From the NCBI GenBank assembly GCA_016794485.1, contig JAEUHV010000081.1:3133-67132 (forward strand): a DNA stretch of 64,000 bases, in the 5' to 3' direction. The notes under the pieces were generated by a model. It ran no database searches. It was not told where the DNA came from and saw nothing but the letters and a program-made list of their open reading frames with translations. Within the stretch, counting starts at the first letter, position 1. Every line of letters starts with the position of its first letter. Position numbers and translations under genes: made by a program. The DNA is from Planctomycetota bacterium (GTDB taxonomy: Bacteria > Planctomycetota > UBA1135 > UBA2386). Shown here one piece after another: positions 45,322-54,578 of this stretch.

Positions 45322-45590
45322 TGCGCGCACGCCTGTTCACCGTGGACGGCACGCTTGGCTTCGTCGACCTGGTCGACGGAGTCGAGGTCGCGTCCGTCGC
45401 GCAGGCGATCCGTCAGCATCGCCTGTTCATCACGCCCGAGCAGAGCACGCCGTTGCCCGCCTCGGTGCGCGACGGCGTCACGCTCGAGGGCACCGGCCCC
45501 ACTACGACCGAGGTCGAGCAGCGAGGCGCCGACCGGATCCCGCCGGCCGCGAACCTTCTCGGTGGCCGCCGGCGAGGGGGCCGCGCGTGA
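45318..45590 (+). CDS. hypothetical head/neck protein
   Basis: Track ORF with ATGA overlap. Assigned by position in the head-tail joining block. Confidence 0.4.
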   Translation: MMRARLFTVDGTLGFVDLVDGVEVASVAQAIRQHRLFITPEQSTPLPASVRDGVTLEGTGPTTTEVEQRGADRIPPAANLLGGRRRGGRA

Positions 45591-45931
45591 CGCTACGCGC
45601 CCGCATGGCCCGAGACGCGCGCACCATCCTTGTGCGCGCGGACCACCACGGCGAGCTGGTTACCTACCGGTTTCGTGCCGGCGGGACGCGCCAGTTCCTC
45701 GCGGTGGTCAACCGGCTCGAGAAGACCGGCGCCGCGCCGGGCATCGAGCAAATCTCGGTCTTGCGGGCTCACGTGTTCGTGCCGCGGCACGCGACGAACG
45801 GCATCACGCAGGTGACGACCGGCGATCGGATCGACCTCGCGATGCGCATCGGCGACGAGGTCACGACGGCACGAGTCGAGGACGTGCTGTCGCAGGACGA
45901 GGGCGGGTTCCTGCTCGAGGTGCACGCATGA
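45587..45931 (+). CDS. head-tail adaptor-like protein
   Basis: 114 aa. Size, position and beta-rich pattern are typical of head-tail adaptors. Confidence 0.45.
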   Translation: MTLRARMARDARTILVRADHHGELVTYRFRAGGTRQFLAVVNRLEKTGAAPGIEQISVLRAHVFVPRHATNGITQVTTGDRIDLAMRIGDEVTTARVEDVLSQDEGGFLLEVHA

Positions 45932-46695
45932 ACCCTGCCCCCGTCTCCACCACCGGATCGATCCAGTTCTCGATCGACCATCGGCCGATCACGGCCGTGA
46001 TCGAGGGCATGCCGAAAGCGGCCTACTTCTGGCTGCGCGACTTCTTCGGCCGCGCGTTCGTCACGCACCGGGTCAAGTGGCTCGCCGGCAAGTCGACGTC
46101 GTTCGGCCGCGGCGGCCGCGGCATCCGGGTGACCCGCATCAACGAGGGCGGCACCGGCGCGCTCGACCCGCGGGAAGTGCGCTACTCGGTCACGCCCGAC
46201 GATCGCCGGATGCCGACGACGCCAGCGGCGGTGCGCGGCCTGCAGCAGCTCGGCGCGGCCGTCGAGACCGGCAACGTCGTGCTCCCCGTGCACGAGTTCG
46301 GCACCGACATCCGGTCGGGCAAGCCGATGTTCGTGCCGACCTTCAAGGGCAACCAGCACACGCCGCGCGACATCCGGAAGTGGCGCGCGAAGAACCCCAG
46401 CAAGCGGCTGCTGTTCCTGCCGAGCAAGCGCGGCGGCGACGGCAAGACGCCCGAGCTGGTCTACGAAGCGATCACCAAGCGGCGGCCTGGCCGCGTGCGC
46501 GCCGACGGCACGAGCCGACCGGGGCAGGTCAAGCTGAAGCTCCGATGGGTGATGCGGCGCGAGGTCGAGATGCACCCGACCCTGCGGCTCTACGACAGCT
46601 GGGACGACCTGCGCGCCGAGCGCGACGCACAGTTCCGGACGGCGTCGGATCGCATGCTGCAGGACCTGGTGCGCCAGGACGCGAGGGACCTCTGA
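45928..46695 (+). CDS. hypothetical neck/virion protein
   Basis: ATG 45928 in the frame of track ORF 45355..46695 (ATGA overlap). Basic 255-aa protein. Confidence 0.45.
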   Translation: MNPAPVSTTGSIQFSIDHRPITAVIEGMPKAAYFWLRDFFGRAFVTHRVKWLAGKSTSFGRGGRGIRVTRINEGGTGALDPREVRYSVTPDDRRMPTTPAAVRGLQQLGAAVETGNVVLPVHEFGTDIRSGKPMFVPTFKGNQHTPRDIRKWRAKNPSKRLLFLPSKRGGDGKTPELVYEAITKRRPGRVRADGTSRPGQVKLKLRWVMRREVEMHPTLRLYDSWDDLRAERDAQFRTASDRMLQDLVRQDARDL

Positions 46696-47141
46696 TGGCC
46701 ACCATTCGCGACAACATCCTGAACGCGCTGGTCGCCAGGCTGGCCACGATCCCGGGATGGACCGCGCAGCTGCGCGGCCTGACGAACGGCGCACCCAACG
46801 CGACCGTGCTGGCCGTCGTGTGCTTCCTGACCGAGGACAAGAGCCTTGCGACGAACGACCAGTATCAGGCGTCGATGCAGGTGCTGGTCTGGATCCGCGG
46901 CAACCCGGAGAACGCCGACGCGACGCTCGACGGCGGCAACGCATTCCGCTACCTCGACCGGCTCGTCGCGCTGGCCGAACAGCAGGTGCACGACCCGGAC
47001 GAATGGGGCATCGAGCCCGCGTTCACCGAAGTGCAGATCAACGGGCACGACGTGCTCGACCCGGCGAACGATCACCAGGTGCAGGCCGAGCTGCGGCTGA
47101 CGTTCACCTACCGCCACCACTACCAGGATCCGGGGGCCTGA
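46695..47141 (+). CDS. tail terminator/completion-like protein
   Basis: ATG 46695 shares one base with the upstream TGA. 148 aa. Size and position are typical of gpU/DUF3168-like proteins. Confidence 0.4.
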   Translation: MATIRDNILNALVARLATIPGWTAQLRGLTNGAPNATVLAVVCFLTEDKSLATNDQYQASMQVLVWIRGNPENADATLDGGNAFRYLDRLVALAEQQVHDPDEWGIEPAFTEVQINGHDVLDPANDHQVQAELRLTFTYRHHYQDPGA

Positions 47142-47146
47142 CGCGC

Positions 47147-47488
47147 ATGGTCACGGTCCAGTCCGGAGTGCTGCCGCCCCCCAACCTGGTGCAGGAAGGC
47201 GACCGGTCCGCTCTGCACGTCAGCACGGTGGGGCAGCTGCCCCGGCACCTGCAGCCCGACCCGGACACGCTGCCGCGGCTGTTCACCATGAGCTGGCTGG
47301 TCGTGCCGGCGGCGACCGCCGACGCGATCCTGCGCCACTACGACGAGCACCCGTGCGACGTGTTCGTCGTGACCCTGCGCGGCGGCCAGCAGGTCCGCCT
47401 GCAGATCCGATCCCGTCCCGTCGTGCAATGGGCGACCGTGTTCGCCACGGTCACGGCCGAAGCGGAAGAAGTGCTCGCCTACGAGTAG
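47147..47488 (+). CDS. hypothetical tail-module protein
   Basis: ATG 47147 in the frame of track ORF 46757..47488. Confidence 0.4.
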   Translation: MVTVQSGVLPPPNLVQEGDRSALHVSTVGQLPRHLQPDPDTLPRLFTMSWLVVPAATADAILRHYDEHPCDVFVVTLRGGQQVRLQIRSRPVVQWATVFATVTAEAEEVLAYE

Positions 47489-47499
47489 AGGAACCAACG

Positions 47500-48939
47500 A
47501 TGCCAATCACGAGAAAGCAACAGATCCTGGCCAAGGTCGAAGTGGCCGAAGGCACCAGCTCGGCGCCTGGCGCGGGAGATGCGGTGCAGGTGTTCGAACC
47601 GACGATCAGCCCGAGCGTCGACGTGCAGAAGCGCGTCCCGTCGGGCCCGTCGCTGTCGCGCGACTTCGATCCGATCGGCCGCCAGACGCGCACGGTCGCG
47701 TTCAAGAGCGACTTCCGTGGCAGCGGCAGCACGGGCACGGCCCCGGACTTCGAACGGTTCCTGAAGGCGACCGGGTTCACCGCGTCCGTGCTCAAGCAGG
47801 TCACGCTGGGCGCCGTGACCGGCATCGGGTTCCAGGTCGGCGAGATCGTGTCGCAGTCTTCGGGCACGATCCGCGGCGTCGTGGTCGGGATCCTGACCGC
47901 CGGCAACGCGCCGGCCGGCCTGCGCACGCAGACCTCGGGCCACAAGCTGTTGGTCGCCGTGATCGTCGGCACGTTCACCGCGGCCGCCACGACGGGCGAG
48001 TCGAGCGCGAGCACCAGCACCGCGTCGGCCGTTGCGGACTACGCGAGCCAGTTCTGCTACCAGCCGACGTCGAAGAAGCTGGTGCGGTTGCAGACGGCCG
48101 CCTGGTCGGCCGGAACGATCGCAGTCGGTAACACGCTGCGGATCGAGAACGTGACCACCGGCGTGCTGCTCGGCGCCGTGCAGGTCGACACCCTGACGTC
48201 GCAGACCGACTTCGAAGTGTCGGTGCTGTGGCTGCAGAACGGCGGATGGGACGCGACCGCGGCGACCAATCGCCTGCGCGCGCCGAACGGCACCGACACC
48301 ACCACGTTGAGCGCTGCGCCGGTGATGACCAAGACGCCCAGCCTCACGCTGCGCCACAACCTCGACGGGCGCCTGCGCGAGACGGTCGGTGCACGCGGCG
48401 ACTTCACGCTCGAGGGTGACGCGGGCGGGCCGATGCAGTTCTCGTGGTCGTTCACCGGCGACACCGTGCCGCCTGTCGATGCGGCACCGGTCGCCACGAC
48501 GGGCCTGTCGACCGTGCGGCCGCCGCGCCTGCTCGGCGCCTACTGCGGCTTCGGCCTCGGCACCGAGATGCACCAGCTGCCGCTGAAGCGGGTCAGCCTG
48601 TCGCTCGCCGGCCAGGTCAACCCGAACCTCGACGCGAACCGTTCCGGCGGCGCGACCGGCAGCAACGTGACCGACCGCGAGCCGGCCCTTGCGGTCACGG
48701 TGGACGCGGTGAACGGCGGGTTCGACTGGGAGGCCGCTCTGTCCGCCGGCACGGTCGTGCGCGCCGCGTTCATCCTGGGCACGGCCCAGGGCAACATCGT
48801 CGCGATCGTCGCACCGCTGTGCCAGGTGCACGCCGCCTCGCCCGGTGACGGCGACGGCGTCGCGACGATGGAGGTCGTGCTGGCCGCGAAGCGCATCCTC
48901 GAATCCGGCGACGACGAGATCTACGTCGCGCAGTTCTGA
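47500..48939 (+). CDS. major tail (tube) protein, enlarged
   Basis: ATG 47500. 479 aa (480 codons with stop) in the gpV position immediately before the G/GT chaperone pair. Ser/Thr/Gly-rich beta protein with central insertions. Confidence 0.6.
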   Translation: MPITRKQQILAKVEVAEGTSSAPGAGDAVQVFEPTISPSVDVQKRVPSGPSLSRDFDPIGRQTRTVAFKSDFRGSGSTGTAPDFERFLKATGFTASVLKQVTLGAVTGIGFQVGEIVSQSSGTIRGVVVGILTAGNAPAGLRTQTSGHKLLVAVIVGTFTAAATTGESSASTSTASAVADYASQFCYQPTSKKLVRLQTAAWSAGTIAVGNTLRIENVTTGVLLGAVQVDTLTSQTDFEVSVLWLQNGGWDATAATNRLRAPNGTDTTTLSAAPVMTKTPSLTLRHNLDGRLRETVGARGDFTLEGDAGGPMQFSWSFTGDTVPPVDAAPVATTGLSTVRPPRLLGAYCGFGLGTEMHQLPLKRVSLSLAGQVNPNLDANRSGGATGSNVTDREPALAVTVDAVNGGFDWEAALSAGTVVRAAFILGTAQGNIVAIVAPLCQVHAASPGDGDGVATMEVVLAAKRILESGDDEIYVAQF

Positions 48940-48955
48940 CCCCACCACCGCACCC

Positions 48956-49348
48956 ATGGTCATTGCACGCAGCACCCGCGAGACGTTCCGGTTCCAGCTC
49001 GAGGCCGAGCGCAACCTGCCCGAGGGCGAGCGGACCACGTTCCTGCTCGCCCACCTTCCGACACGCATCATGATCGAGCTGCTCGACCTCGCCTCGCGCG
49101 GGGAGTCCGGCAAGTGGATCATGGTCGCGCTGAAGGTCGGCCTGGTCGGGTGGGAGAACTTCAACGACGCCGACGGCCGGCCCGAGCCGTTCGTCTTCGA
49201 CCGTCGCCCGTGCAAGCTGCACGGAATCGACATCGAGAAGCCGGTCAGCGACGACTCGCTGAACGCGCTGCCGGCGGCGGTCGCCGCCCAGATCGCGAAG
49301 GCCGTGATCGAGGGGAACCAGATCACGGCCACCGACGCAAAAAACTGA
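48956..49348 (+). CDS. tail assembly chaperone (gpG-like)
   Basis: ATG 48956 in track ORF 48845..49348. Ends ...TATDAKN-stop, with the slippery heptamer just before the stop. Confidence 0.7.
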   Translation: MVIARSTRETFRFQLEAERNLPEGERTTFLLAHLPTRIMIELLDLASRGESGKWIMVALKVGLVGWENFNDADGRPEPFVFDRRPCKLHGIDIEKPVSDDSLNALPAAVAAQIAKAVIEGNQITATDAKN

Positions 49349-49767
49349 TCGTCGCCGCCGGGGTCTTCTGCGCCCCGCGCGGCCGACGGAACGAGCAGAA
49401 CTGCAACCAATGCCACGACCCCGAACTGCGCACCAAGTGGGGCTGCGACGCGCCGGCGAGCGAGCCGGTCGTGTGGGTCGACCCGTGTCCAGTGTGCCAC
49501 GGCGATGCCGACGATTGCCCGGAGTGCGCGGGCGAGGGGAGGGTGCCGATCTACCGGTGCCCCAACGTTCTCGCGACTGCGCGCGAGCTGGACATGCTGC
49601 GCGCCACCACGCTGGTCGAGATCGGAGTGCTGCCGGATCCCGGCGGCTGGCAGGACCAGGCCCACACGTTCGTGCAGGCGTTCCCGATCGCGCGCGCCGA
49701 GCTGGCGCGGCATCGGGAAGCCGAGATGGAAGACGCACGCCGCAAGGCGGCCCACAAGCGAGGGTGA
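48956..49767 (+). CDS. gpGT-like frameshift fusion chaperone (joins 48956..49345 and 49345..49767 by -1 PRF)
   Basis: The -1 frame is open from the slip site to 49767, just before the tape measure start. The extension has Cys motifs CNQC, CPVCHGD and CPECAGEG. Confidence 0.6.
49339..49345 (+). promoter_or_regulatory. -1 programmed ribosomal frameshift site A_AAA_AAC
   Basis: Zero-frame codons are gcA AAA AAC TGA. A -1 slip reads AAA AAA CTG ATC... and continues the open frame of track ORF 49114..49767 to 49767. Confidence 0.7.
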
Positions 49768-49770
49768 TCC

Positions 49771-51738
49771 GTGGCAACCAGTGAGAAGCGCACGCTCGAG
49801 ATCCGGGCCAAGCTCGTCGACCTGCTGACCGGGCCGCTGGGCGGCATGGACGGCGCGCTCGCGAAGTGGGTCAAGCGCGCCTACGGCTGGTTCCGCAACG
49901 TCGCGGGCGTCGTGCTGAACGTCAAGACGGCGGTGGCCGGGCTCGCCGCCTCGATCCTGTCGCTGTCGACGATCAAGGGGTTCGGCGAGCAGGCCGACGC
50001 GCTGTCGAAGCTGTCTACCGCGACCGGCGACACGATCGCGAACCTGTCGGAGGTCCAGGCCGCGTTCGACCTGGCGGGCGTGAAGGCCTCGGAGTTCGCG
50101 GACCTGACGAAGGCCCTGCTGGGCCAGGCGCGCAAGGCGCAGACCGACTCGACCGACAAGCTCGAGCAGTCCTTCGCCGCGTTGGGCATCACACTGAAGG
50201 ACCTGCAGAGCCTGGGCCCGACGCAGCTGTTCGAGAAGATGGCGGCGGGCCTCGAGAAGTTCGGGACCGAGCAAGAGAAGGCCGTCGCGCTCGGCAAGGT
50301 GCTGCCGAAGCAATTCCTCGAGCTGCTGCCGATCCTCGGTGGCGGGCTCGCGAACTTCCAGGCCGCAATCCTCGAGGCCCGTAAGGCCGGCGCGACGGTC
50401 ACCGAGCAGCAGGCGAAGGTCAGCGAACGCCTGAATGACTCGCTGTCGAAGGTCGGCATCGCGATCGGCGGGGTGTCGCGTGCCCTGATCGAGGAGTTCG
50501 GGCCGGACGCGATTGCGCTGTTCGAGCGGCTCGCCCGGTCGATCACCGAGAACCGGCAGGGCATCGTCGACGTCGCCGCGGCGATCGGCAGCGGCATGGT
50601 GGCCGCGGTCAACCTGGCGATCGAGGCCGTGATCGGGCTCGTGGGTGCGATCGAGAGCATTCCGGGCGTCAACCTGCTCGACACGGCCGAACTCGACGAG
50701 CAGATCCGCAAGCTCGACGAGTCGCGCGTCGCGGTGCGCAAGCGCATCGTGCGCGAGGGCGGGACCAACCGAAGCCCCGAACACCTGGCGGCGGTAAAGG
50801 AGATCCAGGACGAGATCAACCGCCTGACCGAGATCCGCAACCGCGGGCTCGCCGGCCAGCTGCGCGACTTCAAGGTGACCCTGTCGCAGGAGCTGCAGGC
50901 CGCCGCTGATTCGGTTCGCTCGGCGAGCAACGGCAGCGGCTACGGAACCGGGCGCGTCATCGAAGGCGGCCCCGCCACGGTGCTGCAGCCACCGAAGGGC
51001 AAGGCGATCGACGAGAGCGACGCTGCCGCGGTCGACGACTACCTCGCAGCGTGGGGCAAGATCGCGGACAAGTCGAAGGACCTGGCCGACAACGTCGACA
51101 AGGTGAAGCCCAAGCTCGCGTTCGAGGGCGGCTTCTTCGACGGGTTCAACGACGGCGCGAAGGACGCGATCGAGAGCCTGACCAGCTTCCAGCAGCTCGG
51201 CCGCGATGCTTCGAACGTGCTGGCCAGCGGCCTCGACGGCGTCGCGGGTGCGATCGTCGAAACGTCGATGGCCGTCGACGGCAGCTCGCAAGCGTGGAAG
51301 CGGCTGGGCCTGTCGGTGGTCGCCGAGCTGGGGCGCATCATCACGAAGCTGCTGATCGTGAAGGCCTTGCAGGCCGCCCTGGGCTACTCCGGTTCGGTCG
51401 CGCTCGAGGACGGCGGCGTCGTCGAAGGCAACATGGGCAAGCCGGTGCAGTCCCGTGCGTTCGCGCGCGGCGGCGTCACCAGCGGGCCCACGCTCGCGCT
51501 GTTCGGCGAAGGCCGCAACCGCGAGGCGTTCGTCCCCTTGCCTGACAACCGGTCGATCCCGGTCACGCTGAACGGCGCCGGCGGCGGCACGAACTTCTCG
51601 TTCACGATCAACGCGGTCGACGGCCGCGACGTGCAGCGCATGCTGCTCGAGCAGCGCGAGACGATCATGGCCGTGTTCGCGCACGACCTGAAGCACAAGA
51701 CCGAGGTGCGCCAGATGGTGCACAAGGCGGCCAGGTGA
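49771..51738 (+). CDS. tape measure protein
   Basis: GTG start. 655-aa helical Ala/Leu-rich protein with hydrophobic segments, in the position after G/GT. Confidence 0.85.
   Translation: MATSEKRTLEIRAKLVDLLTGPLGGMDGALAKWVKRAYGWFRNVAGVVLNVKTAVAGLAASILSLSTIKGFGEQADALSKLSTATGDTIANLSEVQAAFDLAGVKASEFADLTKALLGQARKAQTDSTDKLEQSFAALGITLKDLQSLGPTQLFEKMAAGLEKFGTEQEKAVALGKVLPKQFLELLPILGGGLANFQAAILEARKAGATVTEQQAKVSERLNDSLSKVGIAIGGVSRALIEEFGPDAIALFERLARSITENRQGIVDVAAAIGSGMVAAVNLAIEAVIGLVGAIESIPGVNLLDTAELDEQIRKLDESRVAVRKRIVREGGTNRSPEHLAAVKEIQDEINRLTEIRNRGLAGQLRDFKVTLSQELQAAADSVRSASNGSGYGTGRVIEGGPATVLQPPKGKAIDESDAAAVDDYLAAWGKIADKSKDLADNVDKVKPKLAFEGGFFDGFNDGAKDAIESLTSFQQLGRDASNVLASGLDGVAGAIVETSMAVDGSSQAWKRLGLSVVAELGRIITKLLIVKALQAALGYSGSVALEDGGVVEGNMGKPVQSRAFARGGVTSGPTLALFGEGRNREAFVPLPDNRSIPVTLNGAGGGTNFSFTINAVDGRDVQRMLLEQRETIMAVFAHDLKHKTEVRQMVHKAAR
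51598..51693 (+). repeat. direct repeat copy A (3' end of tape measure gene)
   Basis: 51598-51659 is identical (62/62) to 62515-62576. Similarity with a few mismatches continues to 51693 / 62610. Confidence 0.95.
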
Positions 51739-53501
51739 CCGAGATCCGCTACGGAGACCTCGAGCTGAGCCCGCCGTCGCTGCGCGTGACGACGATCGGC
51801 ACGTTGCCCGGCCCGCCTGCAGGCGACGGCTGGACGATGGTCGCCAAGATGCGGCAGGCCACGATGCCGGCCGGCGCGGGCACGTTCGCGTTCGTCGTCA
51901 GCGGCCAGATCGGCGACATGAACCTGGTCGGCAGCGGCTGGCAGCGCGGCGTGCTGCAGCTGTGCCTGGGCACCGAGGGCGGCACGAAGCACACCGAGTT
52001 CCGCATCGCGCACAGCGTGCTCGAGTTCCTCAACTGGAAACAGGGGATCCCGTTCCAGTTCCTGGTGCTGGTGCACCCGAGCTACCCCGACGCGCTGTTC
52101 GGCACGTCGTTCAACCCGTCGACCACGCGCCTGGCGGTCTACGCCCGCACGCTGCTCAACGGCGACGCGCAGACCTACGCCAGCGAGTTCACGATCGCGA
52201 ACCTGACCTGGCAGTGGTGGGACCTGACGCGGATCCCGGCCGGGCACTGGGCTGCCGACGAGGTCGGCACGCAGTTCATCGTGCCGACGACGTCGCCGGT
52301 GGCGTTCCAGCGCGTAGCGCCGGCCGCGTGGGGGTCGTTCGACGAGTCGTGGCTGCATTACGCGAACGTGTGGTATCAGGCCCGTGGCGCCGGCCAGCAG
52401 GCCCCACGCTTCATGTTCGGGATCACACCCGACGGATCGTTCGGCGCGTTCTCCGCGAAGGTCGGCACGGGCGGCCGCTGGGGCCAGAACCGCTACACGC
52501 TCAACAACCTGGGCGAGCCGGCGCACCTGCAGCAGGGGTGCTTCTGGACGCACACCAACGCCAGCGCCGGCACCCGCCCGGGCTACACGGTGCAGGAGCC
52601 CGTCGGCACGATCCAGTCCCTGGTCTACCGCTACCGCACCTTCGGCGTGCGGATCGACACGTTGCCCGACGTGATCATCGACGGTCGCCCGCCGGTCGCC
52701 GCCGGCGTCGCCGAGACGGGTGCATGGCACGAGCAGTTCGTCACGACCGAGCGGCCAGAACCGTCGCCCGGCATCCTGACCGACCCGATCGTCATGGTGC
52801 ACCAGGTGCCATCGTTCGGCCCGGCGCAGGCCGCCTACTGCACGCGCGTGACCGAGGCCGGCAACGGGCGCACGTTCCGGATCGGCGCCAGCGAGTGCTT
52901 CCCGCTGTCGGATCCGCAACGCGGAGAGGCCGTGTCCGCGATGGCGTTCGGCCGCCGCCAGTTCCAGACCACGTCGCCGGCGATGCAGTTCCGCTCGCAC
53001 CTGGTCGGCGAGGCCGCGTCGCCGCCGACGCTGCAGCAGGCGCGCGACTTCTCGTTCGTCATGTTCCACCCGGTGCGCGATCCCGAGAACCTGACCACGC
53101 CGCCCGGCTCGCTGCCGTCGCCGATCGTCGTCACGCCCGGCAAGCAATCGCTCGACGCGGCCAGCCTGTCGCCGCCACCCACCGCCCCGAATGCGAACCC
53201 GCAGGAGCGAGGCGTCGGCCGCGATCGCCAGCAGATCCAGGGGGCGACCGGTTACGCCCGCCGGTGGCCGCTCGGATCCAAGGTCGTGCGCGCGTTCTCG
53301 CTCGGGTGGGGCCCGCTGTCACTGACCAGCGCGACCGCGGTGCGCGACTTCCTGCGCGCGAACCCAGCCTGGCGCTACACGCCGCCGCGCGGTGCCGCGA
53401 TCGCGGTGCTGTGCTCGAGCCCGCCCGAGCTGATCCCGATCGATCCAATGACCGCGTCGGTCGCGGTCGACGTCGTCGTCCTGGCCTTCACCGGAGCCTG
53501 A
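51735..53501 (+). CDS. minor tail protein in gpM position with large N-terminal extension
   Basis: The C-terminal ~110 aa (..YARRWPLGSKVVRAFSLGWGPLSLTSATAVRDFLRAN..VAVDVVVLAF) resemble gpM-type minor tail proteins. About 470 extra N-terminal residues. Confidence 0.5.
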   Translation: MTEIRYGDLELSPPSLRVTTIGTLPGPPAGDGWTMVAKMRQATMPAGAGTFAFVVSGQIGDMNLVGSGWQRGVLQLCLGTEGGTKHTEFRIAHSVLEFLNWKQGIPFQFLVLVHPSYPDALFGTSFNPSTTRLAVYARTLLNGDAQTYASEFTIANLTWQWWDLTRIPAGHWAADEVGTQFIVPTTSPVAFQRVAPAAWGSFDESWLHYANVWYQARGAGQQAPRFMFGITPDGSFGAFSAKVGTGGRWGQNRYTLNNLGEPAHLQQGCFWTHTNASAGTRPGYTVQEPVGTIQSLVYRYRTFGVRIDTLPDVIIDGRPPVAAGVAETGAWHEQFVTTERPEPSPGILTDPIVMVHQVPSFGPAQAAYCTRVTEAGNGRTFRIGASECFPLSDPQRGEAVSAMAFGRRQFQTTSPAMQFRSHLVGEAASPPTLQQARDFSFVMFHPVRDPENLTTPPGSLPSPIVVTPGKQSLDAASLSPPPTAPNANPQERGVGRDRQQIQGATGYARRWPLGSKVVRAFSLGWGPLSLTSATAVRDFLRANPAWRYTPPRGAAIAVLCSSPPELIPIDPMTASVAVDVVVLAFTGA

Positions 53502-53505
53502 CTAG

Positions 53506-54195
53506 ATGGCCAAGACGCTCCCGCCCACCTTCCTGTCCGAGATCGAACGCCCGCAAGGCGTCAACGAGCCGCTCTGGCTCGTCGAGATGGAGCTGGACCA
53601 GGGCGACGTCGGCCGCCCGCCAGTTCTGCTGCGCGTGTGCGACGGCGTGCAGGAGATCACGTGGCCGGTCGGCGCCCCCACCACCACGACCTGGACCCCG
53701 TTCGCGTTCGAGTTCTCGCCGATCGAGCAGACGAAGGAAGGCGACCTGTCGACCGTCGAGCTGACCGTCGACAACAGCGCGCGCACCCTGATGCGGTTTC
53801 TGCACGACGCGCACGGCCTCGAGGGCAACCGGGCCACGCTCTACCTCGTCTACCGGCACGGCCTCGTGATCGCCTACCCGAACCACGAGTTCGAGAAGTT
53901 CGACATGGAAGTGCTCGCCGTCGGCGCGAGCGACGAGGCCGTCACGTTCCGGCTCGGCCTGCCCAACTGGTTCGAGGTCATGTCGCCGGTCGACCGCTAC
54001 GTGCCGAAGCGTTGCCGGCACGACTTCGGCAGCGGCGACTGCGGCTACGTCGTCAACGCCTTCGGCGCGTTCTCGCGTTGTCCGAAGACGATCGAGGCGT
54101 GCAACGCGCGAGCGCTCGACATGGCCGCGCGCGGCCTTCCGTCGGTCCTGCCGGGCAACTTCGGCGGCCACCCAGGAATCAGCGACACCCGATGA
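53506..54195 (+). CDS. minor tail protein L-like (C-terminal Cys cluster)
   Basis: 229 aa. C-terminal CRHDFGSGDCGY...CPKTIEAC resembles the gpL / DUF2163-type Cys cluster. In the position after the M-like gene. Confidence 0.6.
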   Translation: MAKTLPPTFLSEIERPQGVNEPLWLVEMELDQGDVGRPPVLLRVCDGVQEITWPVGAPTTTTWTPFAFEFSPIEQTKEGDLSTVELTVDNSARTLMRFLHDAHGLEGNRATLYLVYRHGLVIAYPNHEFEKFDMEVLAVGASDEAVTFRLGLPNWFEVMSPVDRYVPKRCRHDFGSGDCGYVVNAFGAFSRCPKTIEACNARALDMAARGLPSVLPGNFGGHPGISDTR

Positions 54196-54578
54196 TCACG
54201 CTCGAGCAGATCCTGCGCACGCGATACGCGATCGACGGCGACGAGGTCGGCGTCGCGCTGTCGTGCCTCGGCGCCGTGCGCGCGGTCGCGCGCCTGCGAG
54301 GCCTGCCGCCGCCCGACGGGTGGCTGTCCATTCGCGCGGCGTGGGAACGCGGCGAGGTCGAGACGGCCAGCGGGTTCCCGGCCGGCTGGGTGCGTCAGCC
54401 GGCCGGCGCGCAGCTGCTCGACGGCGACGTGCTGGTCTTCCAGCGAGCCGGCCGCCAGGGGTGCGGCATCGTGCACGAGGGCTGGGTCGTCACTGCCGAC
54501 ACGGCGCCAGGCGTCTACCGGTTGCCGCTGTCGCGCTGGTCGATCGCGCCTGCCGAGGTGTGGAGGTTCGTCGCATGA
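54192..54578 (+). CDS. gpK-like tail protein (NlpC/P60-related)
   Basis: ATG 54192 in the frame of track ORF 53637..54578. Pattern GDVLVFQRAGRQGCGIVHEGWVVT resembles the NlpC/P60-like region of gpK or GTA g14. Assigned by position. Confidence 0.5.
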   Translation: MITLEQILRTRYAIDGDEVGVALSCLGAVRAVARLRGLPPPDGWLSIRAAWERGEVETASGFPAGWVRQPAGAQLLDGDVLVFQRAGRQGCGIVHEGWVVTADTAPGVYRLPLSRWSIAPAEVWRFVA

